A stretch of 64,000 nt of DNA from assembly GCA_963831745.1 (NCBI GenBank), contig CAWHRD010000005.1, forward strand, positions 20,341 through 84,340, given 5' to 3'. Within the stretch, counting starts at the first letter, position 1. Every line of letters begins with the position of its first letter. Positions 46,257 through 56,143 of the stretch are shown here, piece by piece. The notes under the pieces were generated by a model. The model was not told the DNA's origin and did not search any database. It worked only from the letters and a program-made list of their open reading frames with translations. The position numbers and the translations under genes are program-made. The DNA comes from an uncultured Chloroflexia bacterium (GTDB taxonomy: Bacteria; Chloroflexota; Limnocylindria; Limnocylindrales; CSP1-4).

Positions 46257-47555
46257 TCAGGCCACCGGCTCGGGCGCCCGGTTCGCCGGGTAGACGTAGC
46301 GGCGCAGCTCCGGGAACTGGCGCACGACGGCCGCGAGGCCGACCAGGCACAGGATGCCGCCCGAGAGCACGGAGAACTGGACGCTGGCAAGCGCCGCGAC
46401 GGCGGCGGCTTCCGCGTCCCCGAGCCGCGGCCCGCTCGTCACGACGAGGATGTGGATCGAAGCGACCCTGCCGCGCAGCTCGTCCGGTGTGTCCAGCTGC
46501 ACGATCGCCGAGCGGAGCACGGCGCTGAACACGTCGGCGCCTCCCGCGATCGCGAGGAAGAGCAGGGCCACGGCGAAGCTGAAGGCCGAGAGCCCGACCG
46601 TCGTGAGCCCGAAGCCCGTGATCGCCAAGCCCCAGGCCGCCACTGCGACGATGACCGCCCGCCCGGGGTGGACGATCCGTCCGACCCATCCCGACACCGC
46701 GGCGCCGACCAACGCGCCGGCAGCCGGTGCCGCGGCCAGGAAGCCGACGCCTGCCGGACCGACCCCGAAGACGTCGAGCGCGAGCGCCGGGAACAGCGAG
46801 GACGGCATCCCGAAGACCATCGCGACCAGGTCGATCACGAAGGTCGAGAGGACGATCCGCCGGCGACGCACGAACCGGAGCCCCTCCTTCACGGTGGTGA
46901 GGCTGGGTCGCGCGGCGCCCGGGTGGGGCGGGATCGGGGCGATCAGGAGGAGCGCCACGATCGCGGCAAGGAAGGTCACCGCGTCGAAGAAGAAGGCCGC
47001 CGCCACGCCCACCCACGCCAGCAGGATCCCGCCGAGGGCCGGCCCGGCGATCGCCATGACCTGAAACCCCAGCTGGTTGAGCGCGATCGCGGCCGGCAGC
47101 CGCTCGGTCGGAACCAGCCGGGGCACCGCCGACGTGCGCGCCGGCTGGTCGACGGACCCCACGCCCGCCGCCACGAACGCCACGACGTAGTAGCCCCAGA
47201 TCGGCGCACCCGGGGTAATCGCGAGTCCGAACAGCGCCGCGCTCGCCCCGGCCAGGCCGAGCTGCGTCACCAGGAGCAGGCGCCGCCGGTCCACCGCGTC
47301 GGCCACGGCGCCGCCTCCCAGGGCGAAGATGAGGATCGGGACGAGCTGGACGAGCGCCAGGAGGCCGACGGCCAGCGTCGACCCGGTGAGCACGTAGAGC
47401 TGGAACGGCAGCGCGACAACCGTCACCTGGCGGCCGACGCCGCTGATCACCTGGCCGATCCAGAGCATCCGGAAGTCGCGATCGCGCCGCAGCGGCTCGA
47501 CGTCGACGAGGATCCCGCGCAGGCGCCCGCGCCGGCGCGCGGGATCGGAGGTCAT
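46257..47555 (-). CDS. MFS transporter (EntS/MFS_3-like)
   Basis: 432 aa. N-terminal RDFRMLWIGQVISGVG is typical of this MFS subgroup. 12-TM profile. Confidence 0.8.
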   Translation of the reverse strand: MTSDPARRRGRLRGILVDVEPLRRDRDFRMLWIGQVISGVGRQVTVVALPFQLYVLTGSTLAVGLLALVQLVPILIFALGGGAVADAVDRRRLLLVTQLGLAGASAALFGLAITPGAPIWGYYVVAFVAAGVGSVDQPARTSAVPRLVPTERLPAAIALNQLGFQVMAIAGPALGGILLAWVGVAAAFFFDAVTFLAAIVALLLIAPIPPHPGAARPSLTTVKEGLRFVRRRRIVLSTFVIDLVAMVFGMPSSLFPALALDVFGVGPAGVGFLAAAPAAGALVGAAVSGWVGRIVHPGRAVIVAVAAWGLAITGFGLTTVGLSAFSFAVALLFLAIAGGADVFSAVLRSAIVQLDTPDELRGRVASIHILVVTSGPRLGDAEAAAVAALASVQFSVLSGGILCLVGLAAVVRQFPELRRYVYPANRAPEPVA

Positions 47556-47582
47556 GGCCGCAAGGATAGGCGCCGGACGGGC

Positions 47583-47670
47583 CGCGCCACCGTCCTCCGT
47601 GGGCGCGGCGATGGCCGGGGTCGCGCCACCGTCCCCCGCGGGCGCGGCGATGGCCGGGGCCGCGCCGACG
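47583..47670. repeat. 39-nt x2.3 tandem repeat in a divergent spacer
   Basis: CGCGCCACCGTCC(T/C)CCG(T/C)GGGCGCGGCGATGGCCGGGG(T/C) at 47583-47621 and 47622-47660, plus a 10-nt partial copy. Confidence 0.8.
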
Positions 47671-47682
47671 TACCCTTCGGCG

Positions 47683-49083
47683 ATGGACCGCTACGCCGAC
47701 GTCTCGTACTGGCTGGAGACCGCCGGCGACCTGGCGCCCCGGCCGCCGCTCGACGGGACCACCGACTGCGACGTCGCCGTCCTTGGCGCAGGCTATACGG
47801 GGCTCTGGACCGCCTACTACCTGCTGAAGCGCCGGCCCGGCCTGCGGGTCGTCGTCGCGGAGGGCGAGATCGCCGGGTTCGGCGCCTCGGGACGCAACGG
47901 CGCCTGGTGCGCCCCGGACCTCAACATCTCGATGGAGCGCCTTGCACGGCTGCACGGCGAGGACGCGGCGCGGCGAATCCAGCAGGCGACGTACGACGCG
48001 GTCGACGAGATCGGCCGCGTCACCGAGGCCGAGGGCCTCGACGCCGGCTTCCACAAGGGCGGCGAGCTGCTCGTCGCGCGCGGCCCGCACCACGTCCCGG
48101 CGATCGAGGCGAGCCTCCGCGAGTACGAGCGGTTCGGCTTCGGCGAGCATTACCGGCTCCTCGACGCGGCAGGAGTGGCCGAGAAGGTCCGGATCGCCGG
48201 CGCGGTCGCCGGCCTCTGGACCGGCACGGCGGCGGTCGTCCACCCCGGGCGCCTCGTCCGCGGCCTCGCCGCGCTCGTGGAGCGGCTGGGCGCCCGGATC
48301 GTCGAGCGCACGCCCGTCTCCGACGTCCGGGCGGCCGTGAGCGGTCCGGCCGGTGGGGCGCCCGCGGCGCTGATCACGCCGCGGGGCGAGATCCGGGCGC
48401 CCGTCGTCGTCCTCGCCGGGGAGGCCTACCTCGTGCGCCTCGCGAAGCTCCACCGGCAGCTCGTCCCGATGTACTCGCTGATCGTGCTGACGGAGCCCGT
48501 CGACGACGCCCGCTGGGCCGAGATCGGCTGGGCCGGCCGCGAGGTGGTGGCCTCCGCCCGCCTCTCGATCGACTACTTGTCGCGGACGGAGGACGGCCGG
48601 ATCCTGTTCGGCGGCCGCGGCGCCCCGTACCGCCTGGGCTCGCCGATCAAGGACGCCTATGACCGCCATGACCCGACCCACGAGATGCTCCGCGGCTTCG
48701 TGCGGACATGGTTCCCGATGCTCCGCGACGTCCGCTTCACGCACGCCTGGGGCGGCCCCCTGGGCATGCCGCGCGACTGGCACCCCTCGTTCGCCTTCGA
48801 CCCGCGCAGCGGCATCGCGAGCGCCCGCGGCTATGTCGGCCACGGAGTCTCGACGGCGAACCTGGCCGGTCGCACGCTCGCCGACCTCATCGGCGGGGAG
48901 CGGACGCCGCTGACGGAGCTGCCCCTGGCGAACCACCGCAGCCCGGACTGGGAGGTCGAGCCGCTCCGCTGGCTGGGCATCCGGTACACGCAGGGCGCGA
49001 TCGCGCGCCTCGACCGGCGGTCCGAGGCGACCGGGACGCCGCCGACCGGTCGCTCGCTCGCCGAGCGGATCGCGAGCCACTGA
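47683..49083 (+). CDS. FAD-dependent oxidoreductase (DAO family, PuuB-like)
   Basis: Trimmed to the ATG at 47683. FAD motif DVAVLGAGYTGL. GASGRNGAW. Confidence 0.75.
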   Translation: MDRYADVSYWLETAGDLAPRPPLDGTTDCDVAVLGAGYTGLWTAYYLLKRRPGLRVVVAEGEIAGFGASGRNGAWCAPDLNISMERLARLHGEDAARRIQQATYDAVDEIGRVTEAEGLDAGFHKGGELLVARGPHHVPAIEASLREYERFGFGEHYRLLDAAGVAEKVRIAGAVAGLWTGTAAVVHPGRLVRGLAALVERLGARIVERTPVSDVRAAVSGPAGGAPAALITPRGEIRAPVVVLAGEAYLVRLAKLHRQLVPMYSLIVLTEPVDDARWAEIGWAGREVVASARLSIDYLSRTEDGRILFGGRGAPYRLGSPIKDAYDRHDPTHEMLRGFVRTWFPMLRDVRFTHAWGGPLGMPRDWHPSFAFDPRSGIASARGYVGHGVSTANLAGRTLADLIGGERTPLTELPLANHRSPDWEVEPLRWLGIRYTQGAIARLDRRSEATGTPPTGRSLAERIASH

Positions 49084-49180
49084 CCGTCGCGGCGTCCGGC
49101 CGTTCGCCGAGGCCGCGAGGCAGCCGACCCCGGCCGTGACCACCGAGCGGGCGCTGCCGGCCGTCGGGTAGGGTCCGCAC

Positions 49181-50389
49181 GTGGATCCATCGGGCCTCAT
49201 CGCCGCCGAGTGGCTCTTCGTCGGCCTGCTCGCCGTCGCGTCGGTGGTCGCGCTCCTGACGCGACGGACGAACCTCCCGTACTCGGTGGCGCTCGTCCTG
49301 GCGGGTCTCGCGCTGACGGCCGTCCTGCCGGCCGCCGACGTCGAGGTCTCGCCGGACGTCCTCCTGGCGATCCTCCTCCCGGGCCTCGTCTTCGAGGCAG
49401 CCCTGAAGACCGACCTGGGGCAGCTGAAGCCGGCCGCCGGGGCGGTGACGCTGCTCGCGGCGCCGGGGGTGCTCATCACGGCGGCCGTCGTGACGCTGAT
49501 CCTGCACGTGGCGACGGGACTCGACCTGGGCCTGGCGCTCGTCGTCGGCGCGATCGTGTCGGCGACGGATCCCGTCGCGGTCATCGCCATCTTCCGCCGG
49601 GTGGGAGCTCCCCCGCGTCTCGCCACGACGGTGGAAGCCGAGAGCCTCTTCAACGACGGCACGGGGATCGTCCTCTTCGCCATCGCCGTGGAGGCGGTCG
49701 GGACCCCGCTCGACCCCGGCGCCGGGGCGATTGCCTTCGTGACCACGGTCGCCTTCAGCGGGCTGATCGGAGGTCTCGCCGGCTTCCTGGCGTCGCGGGT
49801 GATCGCGACGGTGGACGATCACCTCGTCGAGCTCACGATCTCCGTCCTGGTCGCGTACGGGACCTACCTCCTCGCCGGGTACCTCCACGAGTCGGGCGTC
49901 ATCGCGACCGTCGTCGCCGGGATCGTCATCGGGAGCTACGGCCGGCGGATCGGGATGAGCGCCCGGACGGCCGAGGCGCTCGACACGGTCTGGGAGTTCC
50001 TGGCCTTCCTCCTGACGGCACTCACGTTCCTCCTGGTCGGGCTCGCGATCAGCCTCGACCAGCTCGCCGGGGCGGCCGTCTCCATCGCCTGGGCCTTCGT
50101 GGCGGTCACCATCGGCCGCGCAATCGTCGTCTACGGCCTCCTCGGCGGGGCAAGCCGGCTGATCCGGCGGGGCGACCGGATCCCGGGCGCCTGGCTCCAC
50201 GTCCTGTTCTGGGCCGGGCTCCGCGGGGCCGTCGCAACGGCCCTCGCGCTGTCGCTGCCGCTCGACCTGCCGCAGCGCGAGCTCATCGCGGGCACCGCCT
50301 TCGGGGTCGTGGTCCTGACCCTCGTGATCCAGGGGACGACGGCCGGGGCGGTGATCCGGCGGGCCGGCCTCGCGCGGCCCACGCCGTAG
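49181..50389 (+). CDS. Na+/H+ (cation/proton) antiporter, CPA1/NhaP-type
   Basis: 402 aa, polytopic. SATDPVAV and ESLFNDGTGIVLF are conserved CPA1 motifs. Confidence 0.85.
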   Translation: MDPSGLIAAEWLFVGLLAVASVVALLTRRTNLPYSVALVLAGLALTAVLPAADVEVSPDVLLAILLPGLVFEAALKTDLGQLKPAAGAVTLLAAPGVLITAAVVTLILHVATGLDLGLALVVGAIVSATDPVAVIAIFRRVGAPPRLATTVEAESLFNDGTGIVLFAIAVEAVGTPLDPGAGAIAFVTTVAFSGLIGGLAGFLASRVIATVDDHLVELTISVLVAYGTYLLAGYLHESGVIATVVAGIVIGSYGRRIGMSARTAEALDTVWEFLAFLLTALTFLLVGLAISLDQLAGAAVSIAWAFVAVTIGRAIVVYGLLGGASRLIRRGDRIPGAWLHVLFWAGLRGAVATALALSLPLDLPQRELIAGTAFGVVVLTLVIQGTTAGAVIRRAGLARPTP

Positions 50390-50533
50390 CGGCACCGGGG
50401 ATGCCCGGCACGCGCCGGTGGACGGGGCACGACGCGGCAGTGCCGGGGCACGCTGCGGCGGGGGTGCCGGCGCACGACGTGGCGGACGACGGCCGCCCAT
50501 ACTGGAGCGGTCGCCCACCGATGGAGGACCCAC

Positions 50534-51403
50534 GTGGACACGATCCGGGAGATCCTGGCGGCGCACGAGTCGGGCATCTCACGCGACGGCCTTCTCGCCT
50601 GGGCGCGCCTCCGGGCCGACCCGACCATGACGGACGCACAGCTGGAGGCCGCGCTCGTGGCGCTGGGCGACGAGGTCGTCGACGTGCAGGGCTTCCTCTA
50701 CCTGCGCCGGCATGCGCCGGCCTCCGCCTTGGGCGACGCCGGCGCATTCGCCACGCCCCCGCCGCCGCCCGTCGAGGGCCAGGCATGGGGCGCGCCGCCG
50801 CCGCCCGTCGAGGGCCAGGCATGGGGCGCGCCCGACGGATCGCTTTCGCCGCCCTCGTCCCCGGGTGGCCGCCGCACGATGGTCCTCGCGACCGTCGGCG
50901 TCCTCGGGTTCGTCGTCGCCGCCGGCATCGGCGCCTTCATCCTCCGCGCCGGCGACCGCGGCGCGGCGCTCGAGAGCCCGCCGGTCGACGCAACGCCGGC
51001 CGAGGAGACGCCCGCCGTGCCGACGCCCACCTCCGGCTCGGTCGTGGATGCGTTCACCATCGAGCTGGGCGACTGCCTGATCGTCCCGTCGGAGGACCAG
51101 TTCGAGGAGATTCGTCGCCTCGCCTGCACCGAGCCGCACGACGGCGAGGTCTTCTTCGTCGCCGACTACCCCGGCTCCGACCTGCCGTCGGACGACGACT
51201 TCAGCACCTTCGTCGAGGAGCAGTGTCTCCCGGCCTTCGCCGAGTTCACCGGCAGCCCCTACGAGGACCAGGACGTCCTCGACGTCGGCTGGTTCACGCC
51301 GACCGAGGGCTCGTGGGGCAACGGGGACCGCGAGGTCGTCTGCTACCTCACGCCGGTGGACGGCAGCCAGACGAGCCAGTCGTACCACGACGCGAAGCCC
51401 TGA
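50534..51403 (+). CDS. Bitopic protein: conserved ~60-aa cytoplasmic N-domain, TM segment, extracytoplasmic Cys-rich Septum_form-like domain (paralogue A)
   Basis: GTG start (MDTIREILAAH...). TM segment MVLATVGVLGFVVAAGIGAFIL. The C-domain GDCL...CTEPHDGEVF...C...W...GDREVVCYL resembles Pfam Septum_form. Confidence 0.65.
   Translation: MDTIREILAAHESGISRDGLLAWARLRADPTMTDAQLEAALVALGDEVVDVQGFLYLRRHAPASALGDAGAFATPPPPPVEGQAWGAPPPPVEGQAWGAPDGSLSPPSSPGGRRTMVLATVGVLGFVVAAGIGAFILRAGDRGAALESPPVDATPAEETPAVPTPTSGSVVDAFTIELGDCLIVPSEDQFEEIRRLACTEPHDGEVFFVADYPGSDLPSDDDFSTFVEEQCLPAFAEFTGSPYEDQDVLDVGWFTPTEGSWGNGDREVVCYLTPVDGSQTSQSYHDAKP
50759..50830 (+). repeat. Perfect 36-nt tandem duplication inside a CDS
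   Basis: CCGCCGCCGCCCGTCGAGGGCCAGGCATGGGGCGCG occurs twice, encoding PPPPVEGQAWGA twice. Confidence 0.9.
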
Positions 51404-51568
51404 TCCCGGGGGCGCGAGCGCAACCCTGGTCCGGACCGGAGCGGCCGCGGACGCGCCCACCGGCGACCGATGAGCGCCGCGCCGTGGGCCCGATCGGGCC
51501 GAACGTCCCTCGACCGGACGTCCCGACGGCGGAATACTCGGGACGTCCCGACCCGCACGGGGTTCGTC

Positions 51569-52447
51569 ATGGAGACCGTCCGCGGCATCCTCGCAGCCCA
51601 CCGCCTGGGCATCTCGAGGCCCGGCCTCCTGGCGTGGGCGCGCCTCCGGATCGACACCGCGATGACCGAGGCACAGCTCGAGGAGGAGCTCGCCCGCCTC
51701 GGCGACGAGGTCGTCGACGTCGACGGCTTCCTCTACCTGCGCGAGTACGTGACCTCGTCACGCCAGCCGGCCCGGACCGCCGCTCCCGCCCGCTCGGCGT
51801 CGCCGGCACCGCCGCCGACGAACAGCGGGGTCACCCTGCCGTCGGACACGTGGACCTGGCTGCGGGACGCCCCGGCCAACGCCGGCGCGCCGCGCCCGAT
51901 CGGACGCGGCGGCATCGGCAAGGCGATCGGGGTCGGCGTCTTCCTGTGGTGGCTCGTTTCGTTCGTCGGCGGGTTCGTCCAGGGCGGCGCAGAGACGCCG
52001 CCGGAGCTCGCGGCATCGACCACGCCCGGCGCACCGGCCACCGCCACGCCGCTGCGCATGCCGACGCCCTCCATCGGCGACGTCGTCCCGTGGCGGGCCG
52101 TCGGCGTCGGGGACTGCATCGTCGTCCCCGAGGAGGCGACGGTCGGAGAGCTGCGCCGGGTGCCCTGCGACACGCGGCACGGCGGCGAGGTCTTCGCCTT
52201 GGTCGATCACCCTGGTCCGCTGGCGGCGTTCCCCGACGACGGCTTCGCCGCGTTCGTCGCGGCGCGCTGTGGGCCCGCATTCGAGGCGTGGACCGGGACC
52301 GGGATCGCCGACCAGGACGTTCTCAACATGGCGTGGTTCTCCCCGACCTGGGACGGCTGGGTTGAAGGCGACCGGCAGGTCACCTGCTACCTGGTCCAGG
52401 TCGACGGGACCAACATGTACTCGTCCTACCGGGCCGCCGGCTCCTGA
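51569..52447 (+). CDS. Bitopic Septum_form-like protein (paralogue B)
   Basis: Trimmed to the ATG at 51569 (METVRGILAAH...). Same architecture and the same conserved blocks as paralogue A. Confidence 0.65.
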   Translation: METVRGILAAHRLGISRPGLLAWARLRIDTAMTEAQLEEELARLGDEVVDVDGFLYLREYVTSSRQPARTAAPARSASPAPPPTNSGVTLPSDTWTWLRDAPANAGAPRPIGRGGIGKAIGVGVFLWWLVSFVGGFVQGGAETPPELAASTTPGAPATATPLRMPTPSIGDVVPWRAVGVGDCIVVPEEATVGELRRVPCDTRHGGEVFALVDHPGPLAAFPDDGFAAFVAARCGPAFEAWTGTGIADQDVLNMAWFSPTWDGWVEGDRQVTCYLVQVDGTNMYSSYRAAGS

Positions 52448-52467
52448 TCCGAGCCGCCCGCGCCTGA

Positions 52468-53961
52468 TCAGGCCAAGGCGGCCGCCACCCCCGGGAGCTC
52501 CTCGGCCAGGCCGAACGGCGCGCCGGCCGCCCGCACGAGCTCGACCATCGCCGCCTCCACGGACGCGTCGAGCGCCGGCCGGACGTACGCCGCCAGCAGC
52601 TGCTCCACCCGGTCGTGCGCCCGGGAGGCAGCATCCGGCCGTCCCGCGTCCTCCCAGGCCCGCAGGGAGGCCCGGTCGATGACCGCCGACGGCAGCGCCT
52701 GCTCCGAGCGGAACAGCCGTCGCGTCTCGGGCAGCTCGAGGAAGCGGGCCTCCGGGCCGGCCGACCGGATCATCGCCGTGGCCAGCGTCTCGGTCGGCGT
52801 GGCGATGCCCCGCAGGAGGCGCTGGGCCATGGCGATCCCCTCGGCGTCGAGGACGAGCTTCTCGGCGCTCTGGCAGCGCAGCGAGTCGAGCATCCCCGCG
52901 CCCGAGATCATGTCGATCCCGGCGAGGGCCCCGGCGAGGGCGGACATCCCGCTCTCGAGGCCGGCCTGGTAGTCGACCACCTTGCCGTCGGTCGCGGAGA
53001 GGTAGCCGTGCGTCGGCAGGTTGAGGTCCTTGCCGACCTGGGCGTACGCCGCGTCGAGCATCGCCGTCTCGATCGCCCCCATGGGCGTGACGCCGGTCCG
53101 CATGTCGACGATCGCCGGGGCGCCGCCCCACACGATCGGCGCGCCGGGGCGGGCGAGCTGGTGGATGGCGATGCCGGACAGGCACTCCGCCGCGTGCTGC
53201 ACGACCGACCCGACGAGCGTGACGGGCGCGGCCCCGCCCGCGAGCGGCATCGAGACCATCTCGGCCGGGACGCGGGCCCGGGCAAGGTCGACGAGGTTCC
53301 GGGCGCCGAACGCCGTCCAGGTGAGCGGCGGCGAGGGGCAGACGTCGAAGACCGCGCGCGGCCGGTCCGCCAGCGCCTCGCGGCCACCGGCGTCGAGGGC
53401 CAGGAGGTCGATCATCGCCGCCGACCCCAGCGGGCTGAAGGCGCCGGTCACGATCGGCTTCGCCGACCCGAGGAGGACCAGGAACAAGCGGTACAGGTCG
53501 CCGATCTCGGCCGGGACGTCTCCGCACACGATCGCCGTCGACTGGGCGGCGTAGGCCGGGAGCATCTCGGCGACGCGCACGAGGCGGACCAGGTCGCCGG
53601 CGGTGGACGGGCGATGGTCGCCCGTGACCGGGTCGAGCATGTTCACGCCCGACGAACCGGGGTCGAACTGGACGATCCCGGCCCCGTAGCGGACGGCCGG
53701 CGCGCCGGACCGGTCGAACAGGTCGAACGACGCGGGCACCGTCGCGAGCGCGCCCTCGACGAGGGCCGTCGGGATGCGGACGACCTCGCCCTCGACCTCG
53801 GCGCCGGCGTCGCGGAGCAGCGCCACGGCCTCGGCGTCCTGGACCCGGACGCCGGGGTCGCGCAGCAGCTCGAAGGCCTCCTCGAGGATCCGGCCCACGA
53901 GGTCCGGCCCGAGGAGGCGGAGGACGGGGCGCAGGGCCTCCTCGCCGGCGGGCCGGCTCAT
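52468..53961 (-). CDS. MttB-superfamily (trimethylamine methyltransferase-like) methyltransferase, non-Pyl, copy 1
   Basis: 497 aa, an uninterrupted ORF. MttB-like TIM-barrel blocks. The start overlaps the upstream stop (ATGA at 53958-53961). Confidence 0.75.
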   Translation of the reverse strand: MSRPAGEEALRPVLRLLGPDLVGRILEEAFELLRDPGVRVQDAEAVALLRDAGAEVEGEVVRIPTALVEGALATVPASFDLFDRSGAPAVRYGAGIVQFDPGSSGVNMLDPVTGDHRPSTAGDLVRLVRVAEMLPAYAAQSTAIVCGDVPAEIGDLYRLFLVLLGSAKPIVTGAFSPLGSAAMIDLLALDAGGREALADRPRAVFDVCPSPPLTWTAFGARNLVDLARARVPAEMVSMPLAGGAAPVTLVGSVVQHAAECLSGIAIHQLARPGAPIVWGGAPAIVDMRTGVTPMGAIETAMLDAAYAQVGKDLNLPTHGYLSATDGKVVDYQAGLESGMSALAGALAGIDMISGAGMLDSLRCQSAEKLVLDAEGIAMAQRLLRGIATPTETLATAMIRSAGPEARFLELPETRRLFRSEQALPSAVIDRASLRAWEDAGRPDAASRAHDRVEQLLAAYVRPALDASVEAAMVELVRAAGAPFGLAEELPGVAAALA

Positions 53962-55469
53962 CGGGCGGGCCCCGCGGCCACCAGGGCGTCGACCGCCGTC
54001 GGTGCCGGCCCCTCGCCGGCCTCGCGCTCGACCGCGCCAACGACCCGGGCGAGCTCCGCCGCAAGGGCCGGCTCCAACGGCTCGGGGACATGCGTCGCCA
54101 GGAGCTCACGCGCCTTCGCGTTGGCCCACGCGCGCGGCCCGCCGCCCTCGGCCTCCACGACGCCCATGGGACGCCGGTCCATGAAGCGCGAGCGCCACAT
54201 CGAGCGCATGTGGCGCCGCGTGTGGGGCGCGGTCAGGTAATCACCGCCCGGTCCGACCTCGGCGATCGTGTCGAGCGCGAGCGACTCGTCGTCGACGGGG
54301 ATTCCCTTGAGGGTGGCGCGGACGACCGAGTAGATCTCGGCGTCGAGGAGGAGCTGCTCGTGGGACCAGATCCGGCTCCCGTTGAGGAGCCCAAGGCCCA
54401 GGAGCATGTCCGAGCCGGACGCCGAGGCGACGAACGACGAGAGGGCGTTCTCGACGCCGGCCTGCCAGTCGGGCGCCTTGGCGCCGGTGGCGAACGCGCC
54501 CATGGACAGCGGGACGCCGTAGAAGTCGGCCAGGGCGTTCGTCGCCGCGCCGAACAGGAAGTCCTCGGGACCGCCGCCCGTGTAGGCGCCCGAGCGAAGG
54601 TCGATCGCCGTCTGGGCCGCCGCGTAGTAGACGGGACAGCCGGGGTACGTGACCTGCATCAGCGCGAGGGCGGCGACGACCTCGGCGTTGCCGACGACCA
54701 GCGAGCCGGCCACCGTGGCCGGGCCGGTGAAGGCTGCCGACGCCATCGTCATGTAGCCGACCGGGATCCCGGCCTCGGCGGCGACGAGACCGGCGTCGAT
54801 GCTGCCGCCGTCGTGGCCCAGCGGGCTCGTGGTGCACTGCATCATCGAGAGGACCGGGCGGACCCGGAGGGCGTCCCGGCCTCCGGCGATCGCGGCGGCC
54901 ATCTCGACCGCGGCGCGCGCCTCGCGCTCGGTGACGATCGACTCGGTCTGGACGTGCTTGGTGCTGTTGGCCCAGCAGGCCAGCAGCTCGTGGAGCGAAC
55001 GCGAGGCGGCCGGGCGGTCCTGCGCGGAGACGGGGATCCAGTGGAAGGCGACCTCGTCGAGGGCGTCCGCGAGGCGGGCGATCTCGGCGACGTCGGCCAG
55101 GCGCGACGGGCGCCGCTCGCCGGTCTCGAGGTCGGCGACCTCGATCCCGCAGCCGTCGGTCGCGGCATAGACGTGCTCGCCGTCGAGCGACAGGTCGAGG
55201 GCCGGGTCGCGCGCGGCCAGCGGGTAGACCGGCGGGGCGGTCGCGAGGGCGGCCTCGATCGTCGCCCGCGGGACCTTGACGATGCTGGTGGCGCGGTCGA
55301 CGTCCGCGCCGGCCGCGGCCCAGATGTCGAGGGCGCGCTCGGACGGGAAGCGGACGCCGACGTGCTCGATCACGTGGAGCGTCGCCTCGTGGATCCGGGC
55401 GATCGCCTCGGCGTCGAGCACCTCGAGGCGCAGGCCGCGCGTGGCGATCGGGTCGAGGGGGGCGCTCAC
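53958..55469 (-). CDS. MttB-superfamily methyltransferase, non-Pyl, copy 2
   Basis: Trimmed to the GTG at 55469, which overlaps the corrinoid-protein stop (GTGA). 503 aa. IHEATLHVIEHVGV..., MMQCTTSPLGHD, DYLTAPHTRRHMR. Confidence 0.75.
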   Translation of the reverse strand: MSAPLDPIATRGLRLEVLDAEAIARIHEATLHVIEHVGVRFPSERALDIWAAAGADVDRATSIVKVPRATIEAALATAPPVYPLAARDPALDLSLDGEHVYAATDGCGIEVADLETGERRPSRLADVAEIARLADALDEVAFHWIPVSAQDRPAASRSLHELLACWANSTKHVQTESIVTEREARAAVEMAAAIAGGRDALRVRPVLSMMQCTTSPLGHDGGSIDAGLVAAEAGIPVGYMTMASAAFTGPATVAGSLVVGNAEVVAALALMQVTYPGCPVYYAAAQTAIDLRSGAYTGGGPEDFLFGAATNALADFYGVPLSMGAFATGAKAPDWQAGVENALSSFVASASGSDMLLGLGLLNGSRIWSHEQLLLDAEIYSVVRATLKGIPVDDESLALDTIAEVGPGGDYLTAPHTRRHMRSMWRSRFMDRRPMGVVEAEGGGPRAWANAKARELLATHVPEPLEPALAAELARVVGAVEREAGEGPAPTAVDALVAAGPAR

Positions 55470-56143
55470 CGGGCCGCTCCTTCCGGCGCCGCGTCGGCCG
55501 CGCCGACCAGCTGCTTGGCGAGCTCCACGGCGCCCATGGCGTCTTCCGAGTAGCCGTCGGCGCCGATCTCGGCGGCCCACTGGCCGGTCACCGGCGCGCC
55601 GCCGACCATCACCTTGACGGGCGGCCGGAGACCGGCCTCCGTCAGGGCCGCGATGACGGCCCGCTGGCCGGTCATCGTCGTGGTCAGGAGCGCCGAGAGG
55701 CCGACGATGTCGGCGCGATGCTCGCGGGCCGCCTCGACGAAGCGCTCCGGCGCCACGTTGACGCCGAGGTCGTGGACCTCGAAGCCGGAGGTCGAGAGGA
55801 GCATCCCGACCAGGTTCTTCCCGATCTCGTGGATGTCGCCGGCGACCGTGCCGATGACAACCCGGCCGGCCACCGTCCGCTCGACGGCGGCGGCCTTCAG
55901 CTCGGGCTCCAGCACGCTCAGGGCGCGCTGCATGGCGCGGGCCGCCAGCATCATGTCGGGGAGGAACAGGTCGCCCGCGGCGAACCCCGCCCCGACCTCC
56001 TTCATGCCGGGCATGAAGCCCTCGTCGATCGCGACGAGGGGCGGGATCCCGGCCGCGACGGCGGCCTTCGCGGCGGCCTCGGCGGCATCGGCGTCGCCGT
56101 CGACGACGGCCTGGCGCATCGCCTGGAACTCGGTGTCGCTCAT
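55466..56143 (-). CDS. Cobalamin-binding corrinoid protein (B12-binding_2 plus B12-binding domains)
   Basis: The 1072-aa track ORF was trimmed to the ATG at 56143, with GAGGAG upstream. DxHxxG motif GDIHEIGKN. SALLTTT. VMVGGAP. Confidence 0.85.
   Translation of the reverse strand: MSDTEFQAMRQAVVDGDADAAEAAAKAAVAAGIPPLVAIDEGFMPGMKEVGAGFAAGDLFLPDMMLAARAMQRALSVLEPELKAAAVERTVAGRVVIGTVAGDIHEIGKNLVGMLLSTSGFEVHDLGVNVAPERFVEAAREHRADIVGLSALLTTTMTGQRAVIAALTEAGLRPPVKVMVGGAPVTGQWAAEIGADGYSEDAMGAVELAKQLVGAADAAPEGAAR

Noticed and set aside
42241-49746. 2501-aa ORF on the minus strand, the longest in the track.
   Set aside because: It runs antisense to four well-supported genes (cyclase/STAND, MFS, FAD oxidoreductase, antiporter). 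Its translation is Arg/Pro/Gly-rich with no domain-like blocks. Stop-free antisense frames are expected at this GC content.
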